Assembly (NCBI GenBank): GCA_021849595.1
Contig: JAJZSR010000001.1
Span: 6,004-70,003, forward strand
Direction of reading: 5' to 3'
Source: Pseudomonadota bacterium
GTDB lineage: Bacteria > Pseudomonadota > Gammaproteobacteria > Burkholderiales > Thiobacillaceae
DNA: 64,000 nt
Both the position numbers and the translations under genes were made by a program. A model generated the notes under the pieces. That model was not told where the DNA came from, did no database searches, and saw only the letters and a program-made list of their open reading frames with translations. Positions within the stretch are counted from its first letter, which is position 1. Each line of letters begins with the position of its first letter. This document shows positions 62,543 through 64,000 of the stretch, piece by piece.

Positions 62543-63391
62543 CTAGTGCGGTGGGCCCCGCCGGCTCCAATAGCGCCACTGGCTCACCAAGGTGGTGATG
62601 CCTATGCCAACCACCACCAGCATGAGCAGGACGAAGTCCAGGTCCAGGTGTGCCAGGTTGTGCACGTGCAGACCGGTGTCGACATGCCAGTCTTCTATGG
62701 CCGGGAACACCAGACCCAGCAAGCCGAAGACAAAAAAGGCCACACCGCCCCAACCCAGGGTACGGGCGGCGGTGACCAGCGCAATGCTGCGGACGACCTC
62801 GGGAGGAAAGCGGCGGCGCGCCATGAACCAGCCGAACAGGCCGCCGGCCAGCGCCTGCACGACGGTGGTGCCCAGGCCGAACAAGGCACCGGGCAGCCAG
62901 GCCCAGGCGGCGCTGGGCATGGCCGGCGCCAGCACGGTGTAGAGGATCATGGCGAACGCCCCCACCCCCCAGCCCGCAATGAAGCCGTGCACGGCAGGCA
63001 TCCAGGGCCGCGGGTCCTGCAGATCGGCGCCCCGGCCGTGCGCGCCCAGGTGCAGCAGCCGGCCTCGCGCCAAGTAGCGTCCGGCCAGCCACATCACCAG
63101 CCCCACCACGAGAAATATCACGTGGTTCACGGCTTCCATGGCAAACCAGCGGTACAAGGCAAAATAGGCGAGTTCCGAGGCCAGGGCCCGCTGCACGGTG
63201 AATGCCAGCGAGAACGTCAGGCCCGCCAGCAGCCCGCGGCGCGAAGAGTAGCCGCCGATGGCATAGCTGAAGGTGATGGGCCAGGTATGCTCGTCGGGGG
63301 TGGCGCCATGCACCATGCCCAGCAGAAAGGCGGTCAACAACGCCATGCCGACAGGCAGGCCGGGGCCGGGATTCCAGAGATTGATGTCCAT
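62543..63391 (-). CDS. Polytopic membrane protein of unknown function (putative metal transporter)
   Basis: 282 aa with about 6 to 7 TM segments and an HGATPDEH motif in TM1. The family is not confidently recognised. Confidence 0.55.
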   Translation of the reverse strand: MDINLWNPGPGLPVGMALLTAFLLGMVHGATPDEHTWPITFSYAIGGYSSRRGLLAGLTFSLAFTVQRALASELAYFALYRWFAMEAVNHVIFLVVGLVMWLAGRYLARGRLLHLGAHGRGADLQDPRPWMPAVHGFIAGWGVGAFAMILYTVLAPAMPSAAWAWLPGALFGLGTTVVQALAGGLFGWFMARRRFPPEVVRSIALVTAARTLGWGGVAFFVFGLLGLVFPAIEDWHVDTGLHVHNLAHLDLDFVLLMLVVVGIGITTLVSQWRYWSRRGPPH

Positions 63392-63442
63392 GAGGACGCA
63401 AGCCGTCGATCAATGGATCATCATAACAGCCTGCGAAATGCG

Positions 63443-63973
63443 TCAGGCCCTGACCGGCCGCTTGGCGAGCTTTCTTTGCAACGTCCGGCGATGCATTTTC
63501 AGCGCCCGGGCGGTGGCCGAGATGTTGCCGCCGTGTTCCGCCAACACGCGCTGGATGTGCTCCCATTCCAGTCTCGGCAAGCTCAGAGGCTGGACGGATT
63601 CTGTGGCGAGGCTCGTCAGCGCCTGGGCCTCCAGGGCACGCAGGATTTCTGCCGTGCCGGCGGGCTTGGCCAAGTAATTGGCGGCGCCGCGTTTCACCGC
63701 CTCCACCGCAGTAGCGATGCTGGCATAGCCGGTAAGCATGAGGATGCGCGAAGCCGGCGCGGCCTCGCGCAGTTTGGGAATGAGGTCGAGCCCGCTCGCG
63801 CCCGCCAGTTTCAGATCCACCACGGCATAGTCGGGACCATGCGCGCCGGCCAAGGCCAAGGCCGCTTCCGCACTGGCTGCGGTCAGTACGACGTAGCCAC
63901 GCAGGCTGAGCCCGCGAGCCAGGGCGGCCAGGAAATCCGCATCGTCGTCCACCAGCAGTATCCGTTCAGGCAT
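63443..63973 (-). CDS. regA: RegA/ActR/PrrA-type response regulator (REC + Fis-type HTH)
   Basis: ILLVDDDADF...VVDLKLAGASG...MLTGYASIATAVEAVKRGAANYLAKP and a C-terminal NISATARALKMHRRTLQRKL. Confidence 0.85.
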   Translation of the reverse strand: MPERILLVDDDADFLAALARGLSLRGYVVLTAASAEAALALAGAHGPDYAVVDLKLAGASGLDLIPKLREAAPASRILMLTGYASIATAVEAVKRGAANYLAKPAGTAEILRALEAQALTSLATESVQPLSLPRLEWEHIQRVLAEHGGNISATARALKMHRRTLQRKLAKRPVRA

Positions 63974-64000
63974 GGCGCCAATTCAAATTGTTCAAGGGCA

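Noticed and set aside
61947-63566. 539-aa minus-strand ORF
   Set aside because: It runs antisense to the cytochrome c gene and out of frame through the membrane-protein gene. It has Arg/Pro/Gly-rich shadow composition.
1-64000. CRISPR arrays, tRNA or rRNA genes, prophage or integrase genes
   Set aside because: I found no regularly spaced direct repeats, no tRNA-like cloverleaf regions and no integrase or transposase ORFs on reading either strand.

Overview
High-GC (about 65%) proteobacterial chromosomal segment dominated by a Pseudomonas-like polar-flagellum regulon. On the minus strand, read from high to low coordinates: fliC-flaG-fliD-fliS, three unusual genes, a fleQ-like gene, fleS-fleR, then fliEFGHIJKLMNOPQR-flhB and the start of flhA. 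On the plus strand: flgBCDEFG, flgHIJ, a small ORF, flgKL, with flgA divergent from flgB. The window also holds a cheY-cheZ-cheA operon that ends in sensor-like genes, flgM-flgN-csrA-fliW, ycgR, a molybdenum-cofactor cluster (mobB-moeA-moaD-moaE and moaA), a copper-resistance-like cluster and a RegA/ActR-type regulator. I could read sigma54-type promoters in front of fliE, flgB and an accessory operon, and a near-consensus sigma28 promoter in front of fliC. The most interesting accessory content is: (1) a sigma54-driven four-gene operon between flgA and fliC encoding a GGDEF cyclase, a pseudo-HPt/CheW hybrid with no kinase domain, a CheW and an MCP-like membrane coiled-coil protein; (2) a low-GC glycosylation island after flgL with a 1469-aa five-domain methyltransferase/glycosyltransferase fusion; (3) an ODP-like metallo-beta-lactamase protein, a mini-MCP-like protein and a soluble MCP at the end of the che operon; (4) csrA-fliW together with a GGA-loop hairpin in the fliC leader; (5) an orphan MotD-like stator subunit with a SPOR protein and an unknown protein between fliS and the fleQ-like gene; (6) two copies of an AT-rich double-hairpin intergenic repeat, and a separate 271-bp MITE-like element. 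All calls come from reading the translated ORFs and the nucleotide sequence. No database search was run.
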